Source: Apostichopus japonicus (lineage: Eukaryota). From it: a stretch of DNA of 64,000 bases. Shown one piece after another: positions 10,865-24,363 of the stretch; position 1 is the stretch's first letter; each line of letters opens with the position of its first letter. The notes below the pieces were generated by a model. That model saw nothing but the letters and a program-made list of their open reading frames with translations. It made no database searches and was not told the DNA's origin. Location of the stretch: assembly GCF_037975245.1 (NCBI RefSeq), contig NC_092564.1:11359891-11423890 (forward strand), read 5' to 3'. A program made the translations under genes and the position numbers.

Positions 10865-11449
10865 TTGCCTACAGGCTTCGCCCCCGTCTCCTACGGGACC
10901 TACGCCTATGAGTGAAGTGTTCGGTTTCGATATACCTGATATCGGAAATATCTGCTATTTTTCTGTTCCTTCAACCAAGTTTTGTAAAAGCCATTATAAG
11001 AGGTTGCAATATTTCTACACCAATAAATTAACTGTGTCGGAATTTTCCAAAATTTCCTCACCAACATTCTTCATCATACTTTCCTCTACTCGTTCAATTT
11101 TCACCTGTCTGTTAGGGGTTCAAGGAGGTTTTTCTATATTGGTTGTCTATAGATTGAATTTTGTGCAACATTATGGGTATGTTTTCAAGTGATTTTATTC
11201 ACGAGAAAAGGGAATTTTCAAATTCTCAACAAGTAATGGGCTTAAAACCTTCAAAAGTGGGGCTTTCGGATATTGTGGGCCGTGACGTAGAATAACCTAC
11301 AAAAGCAATGATCCATAGGACATGCAATCAGGTCGAACATGATGTGTGACTGGTGACAATCTTCAAAAAGGTTATGGATGGAAAAAAACTTTTGGGAAAT
11401 ACTTGGTTCTCAGGCAAAAGTGTACATCTAGTTGCTCATTTTCAAGCCC

Positions 11450-11544
11450 GAGAAGTGCCATTTCCGGTGATCTGGGGGGTATCAAAACCAGAAATTTTCT
11501 TGTACGCTCCGCGCCAACCGATGGTGGCGCTCCGCTTAGATAGT
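11450..11544 (+). repeat. ~95-bp dispersed repeat, copy C
   Basis: 'agaagtgccatttccggtgatctggggggtatcaaaaccagaaattttcttgtacgctccgcgccaaccgatggtggcgctccgcttagatagt'. Confidence 0.7.
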
Positions 11545-11925
11545 AATTCGCGCCCCCGGGTTAGAAAATCCTGGATACGCGCCTGCTATTACAGTACAGG
11601 CAGTTCTGAACCTTTCATTTATTTTTACTGGCGTAACGACGGTGCGGCCGTCCCGCCACTAAGTTGGAAAAGACCTCCAGCCCGTCGGAATTTCTACCAT
11701 TCATACCCCTACTATAAGACCCTAGCTAGTAGCTATACCGCCCTGCATACACTTTGTAAGTTCAAAGTGCTATATGCTCTTCCGGTGCAGCTGTGAAGGA
11801 CATGGGCGCGAGAAGGTAGAACATCCATGACTAAAGATGGGATTCTTCAGTTCATGTAGTTATAAATGAAAAAATACTGAGTTCGCAGGAGGAGAGTGTA
11901 CAACATCGTGGCCAAATTTTGCCCC

Positions 11926-12018
11926 GCAAGTGCCATTTCCAGCCATCTGGGCGGTTAGAAGATTCAAAAATTTTCTTGTACGCAGCGCCAACCGATGGTG
12001 GCGCTCCGCTTAGATAGT
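11926..12018 (+). repeat. ~95-bp dispersed repeat, copy D
   Basis: 'gcaagtgccatttccagccatctgggcggttagaagattcaaaaattttcttgtacgcagcgccaaccgatggtggcgctccgcttagatagt'. Confidence 0.7.
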
Positions 12019-13195
12019 AAATCGAACCGGTCAACAAAAATACCGTACCACTTTCAAATACCTTCCGACGGGCCTGTATATATGTACATATTAAACTATA
12101 GTAACTTGAAAACGGAAGTAGCCATATACAAATATTGCCTGCAGACTACTAAGACACAGAAGCGAGTTCAATAAGACAATAGATAATTAACAATGCCGCG
12201 AGAGTTTGAAACAAAGTTTTTATTATGAAGTTAACATATTCCGGGCGTGTGAGTGACAACTTCAAGAATTTGAAATAAAGTCGTCCGATTAATTTGATAT
12301 GTGACTCTCAGAAAATGCTGCGCTTTTAAACTACCGTATATAATGTATAGTGAACTGGACCGTTCTTAATATCTGAACTAAAAAGGACCAGTTCGGAACT
12401 GATGTTGCGAAAACTTAATCAGACGGAAGGAGAAAGCCCTCGTGCAACTGCAGAGATGAACAATGGTTACTGTATGTATAATTCAAACCCGAAAAGTATA
12501 TATTCCATTCGAGGAACAGATAGTATTCCTTAGATAATTACACGTACCAGTTTGTGTATAGCCTGTGTGAAGTGGAGTAAAACCTATACAGTTTTGTTTA
12601 CGCCTTCTCTGAGTACAAATCAACCATATTTATACAGATCGGGTGAACTCTTATTATGTGTACAGTTTTTCAACTTAATGAAAGTGTCAAGGAAAATTTC
12701 AATATCGCTGCATTAGAAGGATGATTTACGGGATTTTGTTTTTATTTAAACCAGTAACATGAGTAACTTTTAATGTTCCTGATTGATATGGGAAGTTTAT
12801 TTCAATGTTGGAACTGCTTGTTTTAATGGAGTAGCGGATTTGGGTTGTTGTTCTTTCCATTATCACTTACATATGCGATCGATAGTTGAGTAATTACGTG
12901 ATGAGGATTTGATAAGTCATTGAGTACTTTCGATAGTGTTGGACATTTTGTCGTCATCGATATTTTTAATTCAAGAGAAAGCTCTTAAGAACAACCTTTG
13001 TGATGCCAATGTAATAAGAGCATTATTTATTTAGCTTGGAAATAAAACGTTTTGCAACTTGAACAATTTTGCGACTTATTTAATGTCAATTTTGTTTTTT
13101 GGTTAATCCATCTCTACATAACACTACGGGGAACTATTTATTCTGCTACCAAACTACGACTGTGAAACAAATCCTAAAGGGATACTTCAAGCATC

Positions 13196-14497
13196 ATGAA
13201 TATTCATTCAAAGGGACCCAATCACGGCCGAAAGAAAGCCATTCGGAATGCAGAAATAGAAGCACATCTTCGAAATAACGCAGTTGACGCAACTCTTGAG
13301 GTACAAATTGCAACATTAAACGAAAAAGAACGAAAGACCACCAGAAAGTTACAGACGCAATCTCGTAGTCTCTTAGAGTCGATACAAAGCGTCAAACTAG
13401 GACGCAGACAGCGTAATAAATCACTTCCGCGTAATTCGATGGTCCGGTCACGGAGTGGAAGTTTGACATCTTCTATCCCGAGACCCAGGACCTGCTTAGC
13501 TGATACATTCAATGTCGAACAGGGAAATGGCGTAGAAGTATTAAAGCTGCCTTCCATTGGAACGAAGTCTTTTGACAAAAATCGAAGTCTGCGCAGACTT
13601 AACTCTTCAGCACTGCAAAGGCGACGATTCAGTGAAAATGACGCGCTCGTTGAGTCACTGCGACGATTTAATGCGTTACGCATCGATGATTCGAATAATG
13701 AGTCTAGTAATCAAGACGACGGTCCGGAAATCTTACCTGTTGAACTGCCGAAATCGGCCAGACTTAGGGGCCGATCAGGGTCCTGTTTTGGGCGCCTGAT
13801 ATCTCATGCTGTTCCAGAACAAAACGACGACATTGTAATAGATACGGATCCACTCGAGAAAACCTATTCGACCATTAACTGTGCCGAAGAAAATATTTCA
13901 GGATCACATGACAACGAAATAAGTACTCAGAACCTTGACAAACAGTTAGAGAGTAAGACAAACAGATTAGAACAAACCGATAACCGCGATTCTGATATCG
14001 ATGCTGAAACGTGCACCGGGGATGTTGATGATGAAACGAAGTCTGAATATGAAGATGACTTAGCTAAAATCATACCCAAAATTGTGATTTCCGAGCATAA
14101 AAATAATTTGCCATCTCCGCCGAATGACGACAGAGCCAGTTCAACAAAAAGATCAGAGAGATCACTGCTATCTGCGAATCCGAGAAGACGTCTCTATGGA
14201 ACGCCGTCTGCACAGTCTGACTGGAGTAGGAATAAACCACTTCGTGAGGCCCGAAAGAAAAACACCTCCATATTGCCCTCGACATTCGCTGCTCTTTCCA
14301 TGAGTCGGAGGTTTTCGAGTCCAGATCCCTCAGAAGATGCAGTAAGAGCTCAACAAAGATTCCTAGAAAAGCTTAATCGTAGACGACGAAGCGAACAGAA
14401 TGAACTAGCGCAAAAGGTTCAAGAATTTATGAAACAATATACGCTTAGTAATAAGGAATTAGTTGATGAAGAAGGGGATAATGAAATAACTGAATAG
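13196..14497 (+). CDS. Intronless 433-aa ORF encoding a Ser/Arg/Asp/Glu-rich low-complexity (predicted disordered) protein with short coiled-coil segments and many RRxS-type motifs; hypothetical protein
   Basis: The reading frame is 1302 nt long, uninterrupted and non-repetitive, in roughly 38%-GC DNA where random ORFs rarely exceed about 80 codons. The ATG context is 'catcATGA' with A at -3. It matches no repeat family in the window. No domain was recognised by eye. Confidence 0.55.
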   Translation: MNIHSKGPNHGRKKAIRNAEIEAHLRNNAVDATLEVQIATLNEKERKTTRKLQTQSRSLLESIQSVKLGRRQRNKSLPRNSMVRSRSGSLTSSIPRPRTCLADTFNVEQGNGVEVLKLPSIGTKSFDKNRSLRRLNSSALQRRRFSENDALVESLRRFNALRIDDSNNESSNQDDGPEILPVELPKSARLRGRSGSCFGRLISHAVPEQNDDIVIDTDPLEKTYSTINCAEENISGSHDNEISTQNLDKQLESKTNRLEQTDNRDSDIDAETCTGDVDDETKSEYEDDLAKIIPKIVISEHKNNLPSPPNDDRASSTKRSERSLLSANPRRRLYGTPSAQSDWSRNKPLREARKKNTSILPSTFAALSMSRRFSSPDPSEDAVRAQQRFLEKLNRRRRSEQNELAQKVQEFMKQYTLSNKELVDEEGDNEITE

Positions 14498-17400
14498 AGT
14501 GTGAGCCCAGAGAGGTCATCAGTGGACATGACGAGGTCAAATCAAAAGTAAGAATATCTATGTGCCATATATGAATATGGTGTCATACACGTACCTAAAT
14601 AGTCAACAGTGCCCAAACTACAGGATACGCTATAACCGATTAAACTCAGACGGCGTTCCATAAAATACATTTACAACAGGACTGCAACAACATAGAGACG
14701 GTTACGCACTGATGGAGAACATTATATATGTTAGAAAAGTCACGTAATGGACAATCATTACACTGTCAGTGTCAGCCGTCTGAGCATTCTTTCTCATCGA
14801 GAGATTTCAATTGTCTAACTGAACACACAAGCTCAAATTGTTCAAAAGGAGCTCAAAGTGATCAATAACGATGACCTTTATGTATTTACGACTTTTACAA
14901 ATAACTCTAATTTTCTTATTTCTTGTTCTTTCTTTCTTGCTTTCTTTCTTTGTTTACCCTCCTTTATTTTGTCTTGATGTATGGTCACCTTTAAACACTT
15001 TAAAAATGTATTATGTTTATGGAACATAACATCATGTATATAACATTATATAGTAAACACATGGAAAATAACAAAATATGTCTCAGTATGCGTACGGCGA
15101 TAAATATTGACGCCATTAAGGCTTATTGCGATTAGTTGTCCGTTCGACAGGATATTCAGCAAGAATTATCGCTTATAACCCTAAATTTTAAAGATCTAGA
15201 AAACTATAGATTTCAAGTTAATGTATAGTAAAGTGTATGATATTAATGAGTAATGCATCGTGGTTTCTCTAATCCTTTACCGATGTTCTATTTCTATCAG
15301 CTTTACAGTCATCGATCAAAGATAATTTCTGTTTCCTGTAATTTCATGTTTTATCTACTAATTATAATTATCTTCCACATTGTTTGTGTTTGGCCTTGTG
15401 TTTGGCCTTGTGGATTCTTCACGTCAAGTCTTCAAGTCATCAACGTACTAACAGCATGACATTAATAGTGAATGCCATTTACGTGTACACAAGTCAGCGT
15501 CTGTCGTGTAGCGCACCGTAAGTCACACACAGTTTTGTGAATAAAAGTTATGCTTATTAGGGAGAAACCAAATAATATAATTAAACTGTAAGCAATTAGC
15601 AGAGGTTCGACTTGTTGTACCCCCCCCTCCACACCCTCTCCCCTACCCACCAATACCATCATATCACACACGATGTCTGCTACAGCAATGTTCATGTTCA
15701 ATATGATAAATATCCTGCAGTTAAGAAATAGAAATCATGAATACGTATACAAATCATTTATAACAAAATCCGGTGTTTAGGTAAGTCAACGTGTCAGGGT
15801 AAATCTGTCTCTTCAATAGTCAATTTGTTAATGATACATTACTTTGCTACCTTAACAGTTGCATATCGAGTATGAACAACTACTATGAATCATTATGAAA
15901 AGAATAAATCGTTATGGACTCTTAGTAAGTTATCTTGTACTATTCTATTCGTTATATAATTTATTCAATATTCACTACTAATAAAATGTGTGATATTCTC
16001 TCCAGCATTGATACAGTCTCTCCTCCCCCTCTCCCTCTCCCTCCACCTCTCCAACGCCCTCTTCCTATTATTTTTATTTTGTTATTATGGGGGGGGGGTC
16101 TTTTCTTTCTTCAGTGTCTGCGAAAATATTAGACGCAATCACACGATCGCGATCACACGATTTCGTTTTACAACGAAATATACCTCATTAAACGACAAGC
16201 ACTGCTATCAGGTCCGTAGCTAGGTGATGCTCAGGTGGAGGATAGTGGGAGGGTGGGGGTGGCACAATATAACAATCAATGTATCACCTGTACGCAAAAG
16301 GTTCGCCGTAAGTCTCGAATATATATTGTGTATACATAACCGATGCATGTTGCAGTAGGGATCCCCGCTGCCCCTTCCTAAGTTAACGTCCCTATTATAT
16401 ATATATATACGATATTTCCATGCAATCTCTCACTTGGTTATAGAAGCTAGTTAGGTTTCGTCCTGTGGTCAGTTTTGTCTGCATTGCAGGGATCATACAG
16501 TCGTATGCTGAACAAGAAGTGATAGCCTGTCGTGAAAACAGGGATATATTTAGGTTCGATGCACTTTTCTTCATAACAAAAATTATGGCAGGATCGGATT
16601 TAGCATAATCTATTTATTAAAAAATAATAGAACACGACATATACCAATAAACTATATTTTCCCGAGCCCTTTCGATATTTTCCAGGACCCTCTAATTGAC
16701 CCCGTAACCCCCTAAACAAAAAACAACACGTTGTATTCATGAAGGTGGAAGGTTATTTGAGGTCAACAGTAGTCAACGTGTCTACGATAAGTTCAAAACT
16801 CAGCCTCTGTGAACGGTCTCACATACAATGTTAATTCACCTAAGTGATTTCAAGAACATTGTTTTGCTGCAGGGAAGCTGAGAAATGAAGTCAAAGACTG
16901 AAAACCATGTAAGTTCGGTGAAAAACAAGTGGTATGTTCGTGTCTGTCACTTTGAATGTTCTAATATCAAGTATATGTAGGCTACAGCTGTTATGTCAGA
17001 ATAAGTCATGCGCATGTCAAGACAAATTGGAATTATATTGTTTGAAAATTGAAAAAGATTCGACATTTACGTCATTACTTGAAATGAAAGCTGACTTTTG
17101 TAATGAATTGCATTGTTAATGAGATAACTTATGGTATCAAAAGATATATAAAAATGAAGCCTTCAATCTGATTTAATTACTTCAAGAATACTGGATTTGA
17201 ACATCATTCTTAGCCTTAATATCGCATTAATATTTGCCGTGATACGAGGAAGTTAGACGAAGGTTGGACTAATGAAGATTTTTTTATCCTTCTTTGAGGA
17301 TTGTTTTTTTTTACTACATTCTGTTTTCACGTCACGTTTCAATGGGTTTTCTTGTTACATTGATTGTATAAGACATTTATTTGCTCAAGAGTGTGACATT

Positions 17401-19589
17401 TATTCACGAGAATAGAGACATGTGAAATGTAGAATTACTAGCGGCCTATTGACAGCAGTGCAATTATAAAATAATGTATCCTAAGAATTGTCATGCACGT
17501 TGCTTAATGTGAGGAAAAAGCTCAGTTTAGTCTTTCATTGATACAATTACTAAATAGAAACCCACACTTTATGTAATGTCATATAGCTGTGTGAAATGTA
17601 CACTTGAATTAATTATACGATGATCCTTATCTATATGGTATTCGTCAGTGAGAAACTCCTACTGACAGCCTTCTGGTCATCGGTCAAAGAAAGAAATGAC
17701 TTCACCCAGGGGGGGGGGGGGAGAATTTGAACATTGATCACATTAATTAATATGCAGTGCTACATTTAGAGTAATGACACCCAAAGGGGGGATTCAGTTT
17801 GGCACGATTTTTGCATACGTTTTCAAGAGGACAATGACTTCTTAATGGAATGTCTATTTCACAGTACAGCCAAAGAATAATGTAATGATAAAAGATTCGT
17901 TGAAGTAAAAAACAAAATCATTTCATATATACCAAACTAAACTTCAAGTTGGATCAATATGGTGTCAAGCAACAGACTTGAAGTAAGTTTAGCCTCGGGG
18001 TAATATTTCTAGAAATCTTACATATAGTACAAAATGTCCTATAGTGTACAGTACATAAAAAATATATAACACCGTAACACCTGAGAAAACGTTCTTGAAC
18101 TACGTTTCAAAAGTATCTATCCATTTTTGCCAGAATTTTTCAAACGTGAGGTGGGACACCCGCCCCCCCCCCATCCCCGGTTAAGGAACCCTCGCCTGGA
18201 CGATTTAACATTTATCCCACTCCCAATACAAATATGTGGTTACGCCCCTGGCTAGGATAATGTTTAGAATAATTAAAATTGCATTGATATTGCATTATGG
18301 CACCTATTCATGATAGCTGGGGATTTTAAACGTGCATGTAGAACACAATCCATTGTTTCTGTTTACTCGTATAGGTCTGCATACAACCATCAGACGACGG
18401 TATAAACAACATGAAATGGTTGAAATCAATGTTCTTTGAGGAATTTATCAATTCACAGCTACTGTTTCTCTTTCATTGATAAGCTGTTTAAAAAAAAAAA
18501 AAAAATGCTGTTTGGTTCGGACCTTTCCATTTCTTACGGCCAATAATTGAAAAAAAAACAAGCGCCAACTTTGTCATTTGTTGCGATTAAAACATCAAAC
18601 GCGCAACGCTTGTCATATTGGGTTATATATATACAATCCGGGAATCCCGAAATATGATATATATTGTGATTTATATAGACTTAAAAACACAACCTTATTT
18701 AAATCAATATGTAGTTGTGATTTGTTTTTACCTTGTCGATACATCAAACCTGAGATCAATTCCACTTTATTGACCGACTTGAAAGTGATACCATATATAC
18801 ATGTCCCAATTTCACTCTGTAGTTTTCATTATGACTCATAATGACATAAAATAAAAACCTGATTTCCCCCCATGCATTTATAGTGATATTTAGTACTGAT
18901 TGCTTTTATCTGACTATAACATTAATTCCCTCTTGTAAGCATTGTTCATGTGATTTTGTTATATATTATCAATATGACCTATAGCAAGTTACCCCCTTGG
19001 TCACTTGTTACTATTTATATACTGCACGATTGACTTTTTCCCTCGGAGATTCCCCTTGGCCGAGTTTTTAACCCAATTTTTTTAGTGATCCAAGTTTATT
19101 ATGTAATTCTCAAGTTAAACCTCGAAAACCTGAAATAACGAAAAAAATCAGATGAGTAGCAATTTATGTAATGGAGCACTGGGACACACGCATCCTCCCA
19201 TGTGATCCTATAGTAGTTTTGAACTAGAAAATACTGCACTTAGGCAGCTGATGGAGAAGATTGGGGGGCGAGGGGGGCGGGGCGAAAGTTCCCTCGTTTC
19301 GTCTTATATTTTACGAATGTTAAAGTTAGTCCATTACATGATCTTTTCTTACTTGTCAAGCTTGTTTGAGTTATAACATCTCTTTTGATCGTTTATTAAA
19401 ACGATAAGAAGAATCGATTCGTCGATTTAAAATTGTTCAAGACAGCTTCTTCTCTCTTAAAACTTGTCCGTCACACTTTTTTTATTTTCTGTCAGAATCA
19501 GTATTACATTTAGGGAACAGAAATGCAAAACATTGTTCGACACAGAAGATAAGGAATGTCAGCTATAACGGCCGATGGAATTAAATTAT

Positions 19590-20085
19590 GCTACACATCT
19601 ATGGCAAGCCATGCGGGGCAAACACTGCATAATATATCCGCGTATTAATTCGAATATATACGCGTATTAATTCGAATATATGTGTTATAGCCTACATGTG
19701 TAAAGTTTCGCTTTTTGAAGCGATCTCACGAGACCCGCCAAAACATTTATCGTTGGCATATGTACACAGCAAGAGCGGAAATGGTTTTTTTCGTGTAACT
19801 CTAATTAATCCGTGCATATATTGGATTTAATCCCCATATCTATTTTATTTAATACGTATATATATTCGAATTAATACGTGTATATATTCGAATTAATACG
19901 TGTATATATTCGAATTAATACGTGTATATATTCGAATTAATACGCGGATATATTTAAGCCATATGATTGGCTAATAATATATACGCGTATATATTCCAAT
20001 TAATACGCGTATAAATTCCAATTAATACGCGGATATATTATGCAGTGTTTGTCCCACATGGCTTGCCATACACATCAGGCTAGAG
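19590..20085. mobile_element. Small foldback-type MITE: ~100-bp inverted termini containing 23-bp tandem subrepeats (2 copies left, ~7 copies right), ~160-bp unique core
   Basis: Left arm 19590-19690 reads 'tatggcaagccatgcggggcaaacactgcataatatatccgcgtattaattcgaatatatacgcgtattaattcgaatatat'. It is the reverse complement of right arm 19850-20085 '...atatattcgaattaatacgtgtatatattcgaattaatacgcggatatattatgcagtgtttgtcccacatggcttgccata'. A possible 6-bp TSD 'cacatc' flanks both ends. Confidence 0.65.
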
Positions 20086-20544
20086 CCAAAGACGTACATA
20101 AAATTCTACCCCCCCCCCCACCCCCCTTCCTTCCTCACTCGCCCAGTTGCTAGTTAATTTCCATAAGAAAACGGTTATTCAATGGCCTGAATTGAAATAA
20201 ATTCAGCTGCATGATTTTATTCAACCTGCGTGTTTTCCTGACTTTAATAAATCATATTTGAAACAATTAATAACAATATTTTTTTTGTGCGTTTAGATGC
20301 CACCACTCCATTCAAATCACAAATCATGCGCATGCCAAAATGGAATTGATCAAGTTATCACAGACAACTTATAACTGATAATTTCTCGAAAATGGAAAAT
20401 GTGTAAAGAGATTATATCGATTGTGATTCAACGATTGCTTAATATGCTAACATTAGTTTAAAAAAAGTACCAAATAAAACTTGCAACACACTTTCAGACA
20501 TTTCCTACTTTTTTTATCGTTTGGCAAGATGAACGACATCTGCT

Positions 20545-20721
<177 letters not shown>

Positions 20722-22018
20722 GGCAGAAACGTTGCCTAATCTACGAGGACCCTTTTCATTACTTTAATTCATTTTATTTATATAATACACCCGATAGCAT
20801 TATGCCATTTTGATTTTATTCCTCTGACAAGTCTGATATCCCAGGATAATAAAACGTATACTATATAACTATTTCTAGCAAAATGAAGAAACATAACAGA
20901 TTCAAGTAATTCCCTCAAGAATAACTGTGACTCCTTTGGTCATAAATAATCAAACTAAATCAGTTTGGCTGGGAGCAATTGTTATCTCCCAAAATGTTTG
21001 TGCAATTATGGTTACTTCTTCGTTTCTCTTTATTGTCTGTACACGTGACCAAGATTGGACACGAGGTTATAAAATCTTAACCACACTGTCTGTGTTTGGT
21101 GTATATGATGAGTGGCATACCTTCGAGCCATGTGCTGTTACTGTAAATTATATTAAATTATATATTGTTGATATGGAGATCTATTAATGTAATATTTAGT
21201 CTCTAAATCGACATTTGTTAGATTTGCTGAACCTGTTTGACATCATGAATTTAAGCTTGACAAAGGGAAGTCTGAAAAAGACGTAGAAGGTATAATAGGG
21301 GGAGGGGGGGGGGGGGTGGTAGTCAAAGATGGCAGTGTCAGTATAGCGTGTTCGTTACATTTGAATTTAATATCCACGCCCATCTGAAATTTATAAAATT
21401 GATCTTTAATCGTTATTGGTATTGTTATTTTGTGAGGTTTCAGTCGGGTGATTAAAACGATTTATAAATGCCATCCGTCTTCATATCTGCTCAATAAGTC
21501 CAGACTCATCCTTAGTCAGGCATTCGATCATGATGCAGGGACGACGGGGCCTGATGGGGGGGGGGTGGACAGGGGCATTATTCCCCTCCCCTCCCAGTTC
21601 TTTATCATATCTAAAGAAAAACGATAGCAACAATAGTGTTCATCGATTAAATAATAATATAGTATAAAGGCCTAATCATTCAACATTTGAACAAGCCTTA
21701 ATTTGCACAACAAGCATACAGCACCGCACACGACGGTACAGCCGTACTACAAGAAATGCCCAGACCCCATAATGACAACTCTTTAGAAGGGCAGGGGAGA
21801 GAGCAAGAATTAGTGAACTTGGCTCTTAATCTATGTACAGCGTGATAAATTCGCAGGATTAACAGTAAAATAAGGCGTTTAATCCTCCACTGCTTCACAA
21901 CTGAACCCCAACCCAACCATCTGTCCATATCATACACCTATAGTCTGAACGATACAAACAAGGATATTACCATTTTGAAACGTTACAAGTTTGAAGAGTA
22001 AATAATATGTGAGAGAAC

Positions 22019-22385
22019 CAAGGGCGTAGGAACCGGGGGGGCTGGGGGCGCCAGCCCCCCAGTGAAAAATGCGGAGGGGCGGAAGTATCATTCCGCCCCC
22101 CCCCGCTTCTCAAGTCAGAAAACCCCTTTTTCATTTCAAAATGAGAAAAAAAATCTCATTTGGAGCACCAAATTGCATCTAAGGCCAGGTGAAAATACAA
22201 AATTAAGTTTACAAAATGGAGTGGGTGTTGAAGTGTGCTATATTACACCAAATTGCATCTGAGGCCACCTGGAAATGCAAAAAATTCCAAAGGGGAGGGG
22301 GTTTGCCCCTCCCCTTAAACCCCTCCCCCAGGCCGGCCATAAGTCTTCAGCCCCCCCACTCAAAAGTACCTTCCTACGCCACTGG
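22019..22385. mobile_element. hAT-like MITE, copy 1 (367 bp), TIR 'caagggcgtagg'/'cagtggcgtagg', perfect 8-bp TSD 'gagagaac'
   Basis: The TSD lies at 22011-22018 and 22386-22393. The interior holds G/C homopolymers and GGGGAGGGG..CCCCTCCCC hairpins ('aaggggagggggtttgcccctcccctt'). An 8-bp TSD with a CAG..G terminus is the hAT hallmark. Confidence 0.7.
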
Positions 22386-23983
22386 AGAGAACGGTCGCTC
22401 ACACGCGGCTATTTACAACATATATTTACGCTTCTCGTCGAATAACAAATCATGTTTTATTTTGTTGATTTATTAAATTGGGGAATTCTTTATACGTCAA
22501 TTGACCAGTATTACTTAATAAATAACTGCAGTCGACTGGAATGTTCCATTTTCTCGCCATAAGAGATGCATGCTAACATGTATGTACCATGGATACATCA
22601 GCGGCAGGTATAAATCTGTAATGTGCATCCTGAATGGAGCATTTTCAGATTAAATATATAGTCAAACGTTTGAGATAAAATGTCAAATTGTAATGAATAA
22701 GTCGAAATATTAGTATTAAACTATTGTAGGATATAGTGGAAGTTTTGGGATAAAGTAGTTGAAATTATGAAATGGGAGATTAAAATTTATATATGACGTA
22801 ATGACGTAATTTGGAGAAACACAATATCGAGATACAATAATCGAAATTTTCAGTAAAAAAAGTGGAGAATAAAATTGTCGAAATTTTTGAAATAACTATT
22901 ATCGCAATAACTGTTTGTATGAAATAAATGAAGAAAGAGCTCAAAATAAGTCGAAAAGTCTAAATTTTGAGATAAAAGGTAGAATATTTGGTATAACATG
23001 TTGTCAGGTAATATTTTGAAAGTTGGAGAAGAAAGATCCAAAAAGGGATTAAAAGAGATTTTTTTGCCAAGAAGTTCAAAAATGTGGCGAAAGCTTTAGG
23101 TCATGAGGTTTGCTAGGCTCTAGATACATTAATAAAAGAGGTTTGACCTCCTCTATAATGTTTCATTCTATCATGCATTTTACCTCTTAAATCACTCAAA
23201 GCAGTTTATCAAATTTATACACACAAATAAACATACCTAGACATATGATGTGACAGTTAGTATTGGTATTTAACCAAGTGTTTTCATAATTGTATAGACG
23301 ACCCCCACCTACCCCACATGAGAAATATAATTACATACAAACAGTCAATACATAAACACATTATAATGGATTCCCGCGCAACGCACACACACACACACAA
23401 AACGTGTTGCCTTAAAGGTCAAAAGTATTGCGTTGAAATTTTAGAAATGTTACAGGTGTACAAACAAATTAGTAATTATAGGTGTTTTTGTTCATGCCAT
23501 CTCTGCCATCTCAAATTGACTCCTAAACAATTCAAAATGAAGGTAATATCATTTAGAAAAATGATATTATTGGATGAAAACAAATCTTTACTCAGTGAGG
23601 TTGACTGTAAGAGAGCCTTGAAAGGGTGTGACAACATTTTGATCACATTAGGTGCTACAAGGATAACGAAAGGGGTGGGCGGAGTGGGCTGAAAGGGGGG
23701 GGGGGAGGACAATGCTGAACGGATGATCTTTAATTGAAGTAAAGACATGAAGCAGATGAGGGTGAGTTATTTATATGCTTATTTGAATCATGTACGTCAC
23801 ACCTGGCCTTTTACTGAGATGTTTCTCTCAAAAACAAGTCAGCTACTCGGTCGTAAAAGCAAGACTATACAGTATGAAATGTTTCCCCGGAAGGAATAAG
23901 GGCGGTATTGAAGAACTTTGCATGCATAGACTCCGGATGTCTCACCTGATTAATTTGCAGATGACGTTGCAATGGTCCCTACC

Positions 23984-24363
23984 CATAGGCGTAGTAGGCG
24001 AGTGGGCTGAACCCCCCCCCCACCCCATCCAAATATTTTTTTTTGGTGAAAATTCGGGAAATATGCGGCGAATTTTTCGGGCACCTACTGAAAGAAAAAA
24101 TAAATTGGAATGTGTTTTTCAATGGTTAAACTGAGATTATTATTACGTTATTATTGTAATAACTTTCCCGAAAAATTCTAACCAATATGGAAGGGGAATA
24201 ACACGGCAAATGACTGTATGTAATTGGCATGCGATGTAATAACCGATGCATGCCTGTATGATATGCGCAATAACATGTTGAACGCGCGAACAATTTTGGT
24301 TATATTTTGCAGGCAAGTCGTTACAGCCCCCCCCCCCAACCATATTGGGTTCCTACGCCTATG
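23984..24363. mobile_element. hAT-like MITE, copy 2 (380 bp), TIR 'cataggcgtagtagg'/'ccataggcgtaggaa', degenerate 8-bp TSD ('tccctacc' vs 'gttctacc')
   Basis: The termini 'cataggcgtag' at 23984 and 'ctacgcctatg' at 24352 are mutual reverse complements. The interior poly-C/G tracts at 24015 and 24335 mirror copy 1. Confidence 0.6.

Noticed and set aside
11353-11796. 147-aa ORF on the + strand
   Set aside because: It spans two copies, C and D, of the 95-bp dispersed repeat and its translation shows no domain. The open frame is a by-product of repeat sequence.
13222-13683. 153-aa ORF on the - strand inside the 433-aa ORF
   Set aside because: It is antisense to a Ser/Arg-rich, GC-balanced coding stretch. 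Codon-independent openness is expected there, and the + strand ORF is three times longer.
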